IMG/VR virus record: IMGVR_UViG_2563366888_000002
Coordinates: 1-17,312 of that record
DNA length: 17,312 nt
DNA from: a virus
Lineage: Duplodnaviria > Heunggongvirae > Uroviricota > Caudoviricetes
Strand: one strand, 5' to 3'
Shown here: one piece after another, positions 1 to 7,678 of the stretch
How positions within the stretch are numbered: the stretch's first letter is position 1
How the letters are laid out: each line of letters begins with the position of its first letter
Program-made: the position numbers and the translations under genes
Notes under the pieces: generated by a model
The model's input: the letters and a program-made list of their open reading frames with translations, nothing else
Told to the model about the DNA's origin: nothing
Databases searched by the model: none

Positions 1-93
1 GCAGAAAAAGCTTATTATGCTTCCATCGGAAACGATGATCTGGCAGCCTGAGTTCACAGATAAAACACTCTCCAGGAAACCCGGGGCGGTTCA
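1..93 (+). mobile_element. IS3-family insertion sequence, right-end fragment (last 16 codons of transposase OrfB plus terminal inverted repeat); IS629/IS1203-like
   Basis: Frame 1 of 1..51 translates [16 protein letters not shown]-stop, which I recognise as an IS3-family OrfB C-terminus. Bases 37..93 are the exact reverse complement of 17254..17312. The element ends ...CCCGGGGCGGTTCA at 93 (TG...CA-type terminus). Family assignment is from memory of IS ends, not a search. Confidence 0.7.
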
Positions 94-1223
94 CACAGCC
101 GGTGTTTATGGATCTCGCCAAAAAAGGTGTGGTAGCAGATTTGATTGGCGCAGGCGCAATCATCAGAACCGCGTTCTGCGGCCCATGCTTTGGCGCAGGC
201 GCAATCATCAGAACCGCGTTCTGCGGCCCATGCTTTGGCGCGGGCGATACGCCAATCAACAACGGTTTGAGTATTCGCCACACCACGCGTAACTTCCCGA
301 ACCGCGAAGGCTCTAAGCCAGCTAATGGGCAGATGTCAGCGGTGGCGTTGATGGACGCTCGTTCTATCGCTGCGACTGCGGCAAACGGTGGCTATTTAAC
401 CTCTGCCAGCGAACTTGATTGCTGGGACAACGTGCCGGAGTACGCCTTCGATGTAACGCCGTATAAAAACCGTGTTTATCAGGGCTTTGTGAAAGGGGCA
501 ACTCAGCAACCGCTGATTTACGGGCCGAACATTAAAGACTGGCCGGAATTGGGTGCGCTGACTGACAATATCGTCCTGAAAGTGTGCTCGAAGATCCTCG
601 ACGAAGTGACCACCACCGACGAACTGATTCCTTCCGGTGAAACCTCTTCTTATCGTTCAAATCCGATTGGTCTGGCGGAGTTTACCCTGTCTCGCCGCGA
701 TCCCGGTTATGTTAGCAGAAGTAAAGCGACTGCTGAGCTGGAAAATCAGCGTCTGGCGGGGAATGTCAGCGAGCTGACAGAGGTGTTTGCGCGCATTAAG
801 CAGATTGCTGGTCAGGAGCATATTGATCCGCTGCAAACTGAAATTGGCAGCATGGTCTATGCGGTGAAACCAGGCGATGGTTCTGCGCGTGAACAGGCGG
901 CGAGCTGCCAGCGTGTGATTGGCGGTCTGGCGAATATTGCCGAGGAGTACGCGACTAAACGCTATCGTTCTAACGTCATCAACTGGGGGATGTTACCGCT
1001 GCAAATGGCGGAAGTACCAACCTTTGAAGTGGGGGATTACATTTACATCCCTGGCATTAAAGCGGCGCTGGATAATCCGGGTACGACGTTTAAAGGTTAT
1101 GTGATCCATGAAGATGCGCCGGTAACGGAAATTACGCTCTATATGGAAAGTCTGACTGCTGAAGAGCGCGAGATTATCAAGGCGGGTAGTTTGATTAACT
1201 TCAATAAAAACCGTCAGATGTAA
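94..1223 (+). pseudogene. ybhJ: ybhJ-like aconitase-family hydratase, 3' portion only (5' end removed by the IS; carries an internal 45-bp duplication)
   Basis: Open frame continuous from 94 to TAA at 1221-1223. Translation contains the aconitase-type CGPC Fe-S ligand motif and a C-terminal swivel-domain-like segment (SAREQAA...[12 protein letters not shown]). Position upstream of ybhC and attB-lambda matches the K-12 order ybhJ-ybhC-att. The frame runs into IS sequence with an in-frame stop at 36-38. Confidence 0.7.
147..236. repeat. Perfect 45-bp direct tandem duplication (2 copies) inside ybhJ
   Basis: 147..191 and 192..236 are identical (GGCGCAGGCGCAATCATCAGAACCGCGTTCTGCGGCCCATGCTTT). 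The next bases, GGCGCGGGCG, resemble the repeat start (microhomology). In frame it duplicates [15 protein letters not shown]. Confidence 0.95.
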
Positions 1224-1238
1224 AAAGCGCCATGTGAA

Positions 1239-1347
<109 letters not shown>

Positions 1348-1363
1348 AAATAGTTAATTGCTC

Positions 1364-2647
1364 TTACTTCTTCGCCTCTGCAACCACTTTACTACCCACG
1401 CCGCGGTTATTGTATTCCCACATGCGGTTGTAGTTAGTGTCATTCAGATTGCGCTGTATTTCGTCGTTATCATCTACGCTGCCGGTATTACCCGCAAACG
1501 GACGATTAGAGATCACCGCATCGGCCCACGGTTTAGCCGTGTTAAAACCTTCGTTGATGGCGCTATCACGGATCACCACCTGACCGTTGGTATTGGCATC
1601 AACATCCAGCGAGCGGCCCAGTTGCGCCACACCATCACCGAAAGCATTGAAACGGCTGTTTACGGCGAGGAAACCGTAGTAAATGTTGGACAGCGTAGCC
1701 GGTGCAAACACATACGCTTCTTGCTGAGTACGTGAGTTCACCACGCGGAATTCGGTGTTATCGAACACCACTGCGCCGCGACCAGAAACGATATCCACAT
1801 CCCCTTCAATGTAGCTGTTGGTCACCAGCGTACGCGGCTGACGATTCGTTTCCAGACGGTTCTGCACACCGCTGTTGGTGACAAAGAAGGTGTTCTGACG
1901 ACCGAGAATGTTAACGTTGTTAATCTGTACCTGGTCACCATCAGTACGCAGTGCCACCGCCGGATGGTTACCTGCATCTACGCTATCGCCCAGCGTGTTT
2001 TCGATGGTCAGATTTTGCAGTTGCAGGCCATTGTTTTGTGACCAGAAGACCGCAGAGCAGAGAACACCGATACTGTCGCTGCGTTTGCTCTGGCAGCTAT
2101 CGTACATATACCACGCTGGTTTACCTGGCATATATTTGCCGCGCGGGTTGACGTCGTGACGCCAGTCGGCAGGGCTCATGCCACCATCAAGGGAAAGCCC
2201 AATCTTCACATCAATCGGTTTTTCACCTGTACCGTACAGAGTAATTCCACCCGGAGCGGCAGGGACATATACCGTTCCCTGATACTCACCAGGCATCACG
2301 GCAATATACTGGCGCTTGTTGGTACGCTTGATAATTGCCGCATCTACCGCCGCCTGAATCGTGGTATGCGTTACACCTTGAGTGCCCGCCGGGCCGACAA
2401 CAAAGTCAGGTTGCGCAGGCAGGGTAATCGGGGAAGGATTCCACGCTGCAGCACCTGGTGTCAGGGATGCAAAATAGTGTTGAGCATCGAAATTCTGCGC
2501 TTCTTTTGCCGACAGAATCGGGCGAGAAGAGGTACCAGGCGCGGTTTGATCAGAAGGACGTTGATCGGGCGGGGTTGAGCTACAGGCGGTCAGCGTCACG
2601 CCAAAAGCCAATGCCAGCGCCAGACGGGAAACTGAAAATGTGTTCAC
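1364..2647 (-). CDS. ybhC: YbhC-like outer-membrane lipoprotein, pectinesterase family
   Basis: 427-aa ORF. N-terminal signal peptide with lipobox (LTAC). Sequence recognised as YbhC. Lies immediately beside the lambda attachment core. Confidence 0.85.
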   Translation of the reverse strand: MNTFSVSRLALALAFGVTLTACSSTPPDQRPSDQTAPGTSSRPILSAKEAQNFDAQHYFASLTPGAAAWNPSPITLPAQPDFVVGPAGTQGVTHTTIQAAVDAAIIKRTNKRQYIAVMPGEYQGTVYVPAAPGGITLYGTGEKPIDVKIGLSLDGGMSPADWRHDVNPRGKYMPGKPAWYMYDSCQSKRSDSIGVLCSAVFWSQNNGLQLQNLTIENTLGDSVDAGNHPAVALRTDGDQVQINNVNILGRQNTFFVTNSGVQNRLETNRQPRTLVTNSYIEGDVDIVSGRGAVVFDNTEFRVVNSRTQQEAYVFAPATLSNIYYGFLAVNSRFNAFGDGVAQLGRSLDVDANTNGQVVIRDSAINEGFNTAKPWADAVISNRPFAGNTGSVDDNDEIQRNLNDTNYNRMWEYNNRGVGSKVVAEAKK

Positions 2648-2693
2648 AGGTTGCTCCGGGCTATGAAATAGAAAAATGAATCCGTTGAAGCCT

Positions 2694-2785
2694 GCTTTTT
2701 TATACTAAGTTGGCATTATAAAAAAGCATTGCTTATCAATTTGTTGCAACGAACAGGTCACTATCAGTCAAAATAAAATCATTAT
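2694..2785. other. Prophage attL: lambda 15-bp core GCTTTTTTATACTAA (2694..2708) plus P' arm with arm-type Int sites
   Basis: Exact lambda core sequence. Downstream arm contains AGGTCACTAT / CAGTCAAAAT / AAATCATTAT repeats (lambda P'1-P'3 pattern). Bacterial ybhC sequence on the left, int on the right. Confidence 0.9.
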
Positions 2786-3852
2786 TTGATTTCAATTTTG
2801 TCCCACTCCCTGCCTCTGTCATCACGATACTGTGATGCCATGGTGTCCGACTTATGCCCGAGAAGATGTTGAGCAAACTTATCGCTTATCTGCTTCTCAT
2901 AGAGTCTTGCAGACAAACTGCGCAACTCGTGAAAGGTAGGCGGATCCCCTTCGAAGGAAAGACCTGATGCTTTTCGTGCGCGCATAAAATACCTTGATAC
3001 TGTGCCGGATGAAAGCGGTTCGCGACGAGTAGATGCAATTATGGTTTCTCCGCCAAGAATCTCTTTGCATTTATCAAGTGTTTCCTTCATTGATATTCCG
3101 AGAGCATCAACATGCAATGCTGTTGGGATGGCAATTTTTACGCCTGTTTTGCTTTGCTCGACATAAAGATATCCATCTACGATATCAGACCACTTCATTT
3201 CGCATAAATCACCAACTCGTTGCCCGGTAACAACAGCCAGTTCCATTGCAAGTCTGAGCCAACATGGTGATGATTCTGCTGCTTGATAAATTTTCAGGTA
3301 TTCGTCAGCCGTAAGTCTTGATCTCCTTACCTCTGATTTTGCTGCGCGAGTGGCAGCGACAGGGTTTGTTGTTATATGGCCTTCAGCTATTGCCTCTCGG
3401 AATGCATCGCTCAGTGTTGATCTGATTAACTTGGCTGACGCCGCCTTGCCCTCGTCTATGTATCCATTGAGCATTGCCGCAATTTCTTTTGTGGTGATGT
3501 CTTCAAGTGGAGCATCAGGCAGACCCCTCCTTATTGCTTTAATTTTGCTCATGTAATTTATGAGTGTCTTCTGCTTGATTCCTCTGCTGGCCAGGATTTT
3601 TTCGTAGCGATCAAGCCATGAATGTAACGTAACGGAATTATCACTGTTGATTCTCGCTGTCAGAGGCTTGTGTTTGTGTCCTGAAAATAACTCAATGTTG
3701 GCCTGTATAGCTTCAGTGATTGCGATTCGCCTGTCTCGGCCTAATCCAAACTCTTTACCCGTCCTTGGGTCCCTGTAGCAGTAATATCCATTGTTTCTTA
3801 TATAAAGGTTAGGGGGTAAATCCCGGCGCTCATGACTTCGCCTTCTTCCCAT
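2782..3852 (-). CDS. int: Lambda-type integrase (tyrosine recombinase)
   Basis: 356-aa ORF. Translation recognised as lambda Int essentially end to end (MGRRRSHERRDLPPNLYIRNNGYY...HLLGHKSDTMASQYRDDRGREWDKIEIK). Confidence 0.95.
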   Translation of the reverse strand: MGRRRSHERRDLPPNLYIRNNGYYCYRDPRTGKEFGLGRDRRIAITEAIQANIELFSGHKHKPLTARINSDNSVTLHSWLDRYEKILASRGIKQKTLINYMSKIKAIRRGLPDAPLEDITTKEIAAMLNGYIDEGKAASAKLIRSTLSDAFREAIAEGHITTNPVAATRAAKSEVRRSRLTADEYLKIYQAAESSPCWLRLAMELAVVTGQRVGDLCEMKWSDIVDGYLYVEQSKTGVKIAIPTALHVDALGISMKETLDKCKEILGGETIIASTRREPLSSGTVSRYFMRARKASGLSFEGDPPTFHELRSLSARLYEKQISDKFAQHLLGHKSDTMASQYRDDRGREWDKIEIK

Positions 3853-4048
3853 TTCTGATCCTCTTCAAAAGGCTACCTGTTACTGGTCGATTTAAGTCAA
3901 CCTTTACCGCTGATTCGTGGAACAGATATTCTCTTCCATCCTTAACCGGAGGAGGGAATATCCTGCATTCGCGCACCCATCGACGAATTGTTTCAAGGCT
4001 TCTTGGGCGTCGCTGGCGAGCGTTCCACTCCTGAAGTGTCAAGTACAT
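3830..4048 (-). CDS. xis: Excisionase Xis
   Basis: 72-aa ORF (MYLTLQEWNARQRRPRSLETIRRWVRE...) recognised as lambda Xis. Overlaps the int start as in lambda. GGAG 8 nt upstream of ATG. Confidence 0.95.
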   Translation of the reverse strand: MYLTLQEWNARQRRPRSLETIRRWVRECRIFPPPVKDGREYLFHESAVKVDLNRPVTGSLLKRIRNGKKAKS

Positions 4049-4071
4049 CGCAAAGTCTCCGCAATTACACG

Positions 4072-4096
4072 CAAGAAAAAACCGCCATCAGGCGGC
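4072..4096 (-). terminator. Putative intrinsic terminator-like hairpin (CCGCC-ATCA-GGCGG followed by a U7 tract on the minus-strand RNA)
   Basis: GC stem at 4082-4086/4091-4095 with A-run 4075-4081 on the plus strand (U-run on the leftward transcript). Located about 25 nt upstream of the xis start; function unverified. Confidence 0.35.
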
Positions 4097-4292
4097 TTGG
4101 TGTTCTTTCAGTTCTTCAATTCGAATATTGGTTACGTCTGCATGTGCTATCTGCGCCCACAGCATCCAGTGGTTATAGCAGTCGCTGATGTTCTCGGCTT
4201 CGATAACTCTGTTGAATGGTTCTCCATTCCATTCACCTGTAACTCGGAAGTGCATTTATCATCGCCATAAAACAAAACTCGCCGTAGCGAGT

Positions 4293-4324
4293 TCAGATAA
4301 AAGAAAACCCGCACTCGGCGGGTT
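4293..4324 (-). terminator. Putative intrinsic terminator on the leftward transcript
   Basis: 7-bp stem AACCCGC/GCGGGTT (4306-4312/4318-4324) with 5-nt loop, followed on the minus strand by UUCUUUUAU. Sits where I judge the sequence to diverge from lambda. Confidence 0.4.
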
Positions 4325-4603
4325 CGCATTCGTTCAAATTGCGTTTACTTCTTGGCGTTCTGTTCATCCATATCGATATACCATGGGTTGCTTCCCTTGG
4401 GCATGTTTAACGACTGCTCGCGATAGTATCTGATGCGCTCCATGAAATACTCGCGTGAGTGCTCAGGTTGCTCTCATGATACCTGCTCAGTGATAACAGG
4501 TATGTTAAGGCGCTCTCTGTACTCCATGCCTGATGCTGCAAGGTCAACGTTTACCTTGTTCTGTTTTTCTTTCGATTTCTCGGCGATGTTATGCCTGACA
4601 TTG

Positions 4604-4888
4604 TCAACCCGCCTCCTTCTGAACATAACGGTTATAAATCAGTCCCTGAGGGCCATAAGGAAGCGGGATGTGCAACTCCTCTGGTTCAGAAACTATCCAT
4701 TCCCCGGCCATCTCCGCTGGAGAGGTAATGATAAGTTGTTTGCTAATAAAAGGACCACTCCTCTCAACAACAAGCTTACCATCTTCATTAATAAAAGCTT
4801 GGATGTCAGGTGTGCTTCCACACTTGGTGATGCAGCGTTTGAACATTTTGTGTCCCCCCATTTTATGGACGGGGTAATTATAACACAT
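4604..4888 (-). CDS. Hypothetical protein (94 aa; possibly about 80 aa from an internal ATG preceded by a G-rich SD-like run)
   Basis: ORF from track; occupies the ea8.5 position but is not recognisably Ea8.5. No SD before the first ATG; GGGGGG 7 nt before the third Met codon. The antisense plus-strand ORF 4433..4891 looks low-complexity. Confidence 0.45.
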   Translation of the reverse strand: MCYNYPVHKMGGHKMFKRCITKCGSTPDIQAFINEDGKLVVERSGPFISKQLIITSPAEMAGEWIVSEPEELHIPLPYGPQGLIYNRYVQKEAG

Positions 4889-4972
4889 TGAAATATAGTA
4901 ATATTTGACGTAGATTTCTTTTGATCTATAAGCGATTTTTTAATGCTTTTAAGTTATAAATACTTGTTTTCA

Positions 4973-5548
4973 TCACCCATCTTGCTGCGGTGCTACTATT
5001 GAAAAGTACTCACACCCTTTAGCCCAAATAGTTTTGATAGTTGTCCAACTGACTGGAACCTTGATTTCGATTCTTCCGCTGCCGTCACAAGTTTCGCAAT
5101 CATCATCACCAAAGCATTCCGGGCAGCTTATAAACGTAGTTTCTGAAAATTCACCGGATAGCACACCCTTAGCGCCGTTCTCAGCGGTTAGTTTCTTCGG
5201 CACTATAACCCAACCATCCGGAGTTACCGGAGAATTGCCATTTATATCGAAGTTTGGCTCTGCGTCCTGAACCAGGAGGATGTAACCATTCTTGGCAGTA
5301 TCAAGTTCTAACGCCTCGGTGACGGTACCGAAATAGCGATTACCTAAATCCGCATCACAAGTGCTTACATCAATGGAAACCTCCATGCCTTCGATTAATT
5401 CTGGCAAGTTGTAAGTTTGGCTTACAGGTTCTGCTCCCAGTGATGCCAGTGCAATTCGTGCCAGTTCCATTTGTTCGCCACGAGTAAGCCCGTTTTCAAG
5501 CGGATTTTTAATGAACAATTCAATACGTTCTTTGGTAATAGTGGTCAT
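4973..5548 (-). CDS. Hypothetical protein with C-terminal zinc-ribbon (CPEC...CETCDGSG, DnaJ-like CxxCxGxG motif)
   Basis: 191-aa ORF. AAGGA 7 nt upstream of ATG. Only 10 nt downstream of the preceding gene's stop (operon-like packing). Cys-pair motifs read directly from the translation. Confidence 0.6.
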   Translation of the reverse strand: MTTITKERIELFIKNPLENGLTRGEQMELARIALASLGAEPVSQTYNLPELIEGMEVSIDVSTCDADLGNRYFGTVTEALELDTAKNGYILLVQDAEPNFDINGNSPVTPDGWVIVPKKLTAENGAKGVLSGEFSETTFISCPECFGDDDCETCDGSGRIEIKVPVSWTTIKTIWAKGCEYFSIVAPQQDG

Positions 5549-5558
5549 TTGTTAGTCC

Positions 5559-6314
5559 TTAAACTGCTAGTTGCAATTGCATTTCAAAGCGGTCGCGTTG
5601 TTCACAATACGCAAGAGAACCAGGGCTATTGTGTGCCTCAATCCGTTCTACCATTAATGCTGCGCGTGTCTCTTTACTTGCAGGTGCATAAGCCCCAGAC
5701 CAGGCTTTATCAATACCGATGTTTCGAGCGACGTTCGTACTATCTGCGCTGGCTAAGGGTAATTTTGTGAATATCAGCGGATTTAACATGCGCAATCCAT
5801 GTAGTTTCGTAACCAGCTGACCATGCCCATCAACAATGTGACGAATCAGGTCTTTCATTCTGGCTACCGCAAGAGTTGGGCGCTTTACGTCATAGTCGCC
5901 ACAACTACCGATAGCCACTCGCGGAAACTCATTGCACAAATGAATAAATCGCTCGTCACTTTCATTCATGTGCCACACTGGAACGCCAGCTAGTTTTCCG
6001 TGAGGCCACTCATTCAGAAGCGCATCATTTTCCTCCTCTCCGCCATCAATAACATCCGGGATAATGGCAAAATCGAATCTTGGGTGATTCTTCCAGCGAG
6101 CAACAAACTCGTAGTAATCGCTCCAGTCGATTTTGTTTTTGCCAGCTGCTTTCCAGGCGGTGAATGCACCGTTGTCCAGCGCGAACGACTGACAGTATTC
6201 AGCCGCGAGATTGATCTGGCCTGAATGCGCAAAACTGATAAACGCATGTCGCCCTTTCCATGCTCTCATTGCGCACGTATCAGGAGTAATAGGCCCACCG
6301 TGGTAGTGAATCAT
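5559..6314 (-). CDS. TGT-fold protein; candidate DpdA-like 7-deazaguanine DNA transglycosylase (251 aa from the SD-supported ATG)
   Basis: Start chosen at 6314: AAGGAG 6 nt upstream, and ATG overlaps the Ea22-like stop (TGAGATG). The track ORF extends to 6356 but overlaps the upstream gene. Motifs align to tRNA-guanine transglycosylase by eye: FALDNGAF ~ TDSGGFQ, IIPDVID ~ MIFDEC, ASADSTNVARNIG ~ FDCVMPTRNARNG. No C-terminal zinc-binding CxCxxC...H subdomain. Confidence 0.55.
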   Translation of the reverse strand: MIHYHGGPITPDTCAMRAWKGRHAFISFAHSGQINLAAEYCQSFALDNGAFTAWKAAGKNKIDWSDYYEFVARWKNHPRFDFAIIPDVIDGGEEENDALLNEWPHGKLAGVPVWHMNESDERFIHLCNEFPRVAIGSCGDYDVKRPTLAVARMKDLIRHIVDGHGQLVTKLHGLRMLNPLIFTKLPLASADSTNVARNIGIDKAWSGAYAPASKETRAALMVERIEAHNSPGSLAYCEQRDRFEMQLQLAV

Positions 6315-6315
6315 C

Positions 6316-6723
6316 TCACTCTCCTTTGATGCGAATGCCAGTAGCGCGGATTGCATCGATGACTTCAGAAACTTTGTATGCCATTACCGTTTGGTAATCA
6401 TCGTGAAAATCTGTTCGATGAAGCATGCTGCTACGTTCCGGGAGCAGTATTTCCCGCGCTTCCAGTTCTGCAATGCGCTTTTTTGCTGCTTCCAGTTCAT
6501 CCAGTAATTCCAGCACGGTAGCCGGATTAGCCTTGGCAACAAAATCCCGGACTGGCTTACAATCAATCTCCGCAATGGGTTGATACGATGTGTAGCCATG
6601 CTGTCTTGTATAACTACCGTGACGAATAACGAAAAAATCACCATTTATTTTTTTAGCCTGCCACTTATCTTCACCGGCTTTCTCTGCCGCTTCACGCAGT
6701 GCCTGAGAGTTAATTTCGCTCAC
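6316..6723 (-). CDS. Ea22/Ead-family protein (chimeric: lambda-like N-terminus and last residues, divergent middle)
   Basis: 135-aa ORF. N-terminus MSEINSQALREAAEKA... and C-terminal ...GIRIKGE are characteristic of the Ea22 family. Shorter than lambda Ea22 (about 182 aa). Confidence 0.7.
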   Translation of the reverse strand: MSEINSQALREAAEKAGEDKWQAKKINGDFFVIRHGSYTRQHGYTSYQPIAEIDCKPVRDFVAKANPATVLELLDELEAAKKRIAELEAREILLPERSSMLHRTDFHDDYQTVMAYKVSEVIDAIRATGIRIKGE

Positions 6724-6941
6724 GTCGAACCTCTCTGTTTACTGATAAGCTCCAGATCTTGCTGGCAACTGGCACAAGTCCGACAACCCTGAACGGCCAG
6801 TCGTCTTCGTTCATCTATCGGATCGCCACACTCACAACAATGAGTGGCAGATATAGCCTGGTGGTTCAGGCGGCGCATTTTTATTGCTGTGTTGCGCTGT
6901 AATTCTTCAATTTCTGATGCTGAATCAATTATGTCTGCCAT
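6720..6941 (-). CDS. TraR/DksA-family C4 zinc-finger protein (lambda orf73-like)
   Basis: 73-aa ORF with CCECGDPIDERRR...CRTCASC (two Cys pairs, DksA/TraR pattern). Overlaps the Ea22-like start by 4 nt. Confidence 0.8.
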   Translation of the reverse strand: MADIIDSASEIEELQRNTAIKMRRLNHQAISATHCCECGDPIDERRRLAVQGCRTCASCQQDLELISKQRGST

Positions 6942-7039
6942 CTTTCATTAATCCCTGAATTGTTGGTTAATACGCTTGAGGGTGAATGCGAATAATAAAA
7001 AAGGAGCCTGTAGCTCCCTGATGATTTTGCTTTTCATGT

Positions 7040-7321
7040 TCACCGTTCCTTAAAGACGCCGTTCAACATGCCGATCGCCAGGCTTAAATGAGTCGGTGTG
7101 AATCCCATCAGCGTTACCGTTTCGCGGTGCTTCTTTAGTACGCTACGGCAAATGTCATCGACGTTTTTATCCGGAAACTGCTGTCTGGCTTTTTTGATTT
7201 CAGAATTAGCCTGACGGGCAATGCTGCGAAGGGCGTTTTCTTGCTGAGGTGTCATTGAACAAGCCCCATGTCGGCAAGCATAAGCACACAGAATATGAAG
7301 CCCGCTGCCAGAAAAATGCAT
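7040..7321 (-). CDS. Small early-left hypothetical protein (likely translated from the internal ATG at 7255, giving 71 aa)
   Basis: ORF from track. The internal ATG at 7255 overlaps (ATGA) the stop of an upstream 27-codon hydrophobic mini-ORF (7252..7335), suggesting translational coupling. Lambda-like by memory. Confidence 0.5.
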   Translation of the reverse strand: MHFSGSGLHILCAYACRHGACSMTPQQENALRSIARQANSEIKKARQQFPDKNVDDICRSVLKKHRETVTLMGFTPTHLSLAIGMLNGVFKER

Positions 7322-7331
7322 TCAGTGGTTG

Positions 7332-7523
7332 TCATACCTGGTCTCTCTCATCTGCTTCTGCTTTCGCCACCATCATTTCCAGCTTTTGTGAAAGGGATGC
7401 GGCTAACGTATGAAATTCTTCGTCTGTTTCTACTGATATTGGCACAAACCTGACTCCAATTTGAGCGAGGCTATGTGCCATCTCGATACTCGTTCTTAAC
7501 TCAACGGGAGATGCTTTGTGCAT
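7332..7523 (-). CDS. Lambda orf63-like small protein
   Basis: 63-aa ORF. Overlaps the next upstream ORF by 28 nt, exactly as the lambda orf63/orf60a pair does. Confidence 0.55.
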   Translation of the reverse strand: MHKASPVELRTSIEMAHSLAQIGVRFVPISVETDEEFHTLAASLSQKLEMMVAKAEADERDQV

Positions 7524-7678
7524 ACAGCTCCCCGTTTATTATTTATCTCCTCAGCCAGCCGCTGTGCTTTCAGGGGATTTCTGATAACAGAAAGGCCGGG
7601 AAATACCCAGCCTCGCTTTGTAATGGAGTAGACGAAAGTGATCGCGCCCACCCGGATATTATCGTGAGGATGCGTCAT
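7496..7678 (-). CDS. Lambda orf60a-like small protein (60 aa from the ATG that overlaps the exo stop)
   Basis: Track ORF 7496..7684. The start at 7678 gives 60 aa and a 4-nt ATGA overlap with the exo stop, matching lambda organisation. Confidence 0.5.
   Translation of the reverse strand: MTHPHDNIRVGAITFVYSITKRGWVFPGLSVIRNPLKAQRLAEEINNKRGAVCTKHLPLS

Noticed and set aside
1358-1735. Plus-strand 125-aa ORF
   Set aside because: Lies entirely antisense within the well-supported ybhC coding region; no SD and no recognisable motif.
3033-3556. Plus-strand ORFs 3033..3230 and 3350..3556
   Set aside because: Antisense to lambda int, which is recognised end to end; typical shadow ORFs.
4433-4891. Plus-strand 152-aa ORF
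   Set aside because: Low-complexity translation, opposite to the direction of the whole early-left operon, and it overlaps a better-supported minus-strand ORF and two minus-strand terminator hairpins.
5559-6314. Alternative identity of the 251-aa protein as a PAPS-reductase-like enzyme (common in lambdoid early regions)
   Set aside because: No SGGKDS-type P-loop; the Asp-containing motifs fit the TGT fold better.
5559-6356. Longer 265-aa version of the TGT-fold ORF
   Set aside because: The upstream 14 codons overlap the Ea22-like gene and lack an SD, whereas the ATG at 6314 has AAGGAG at optimal spacing.
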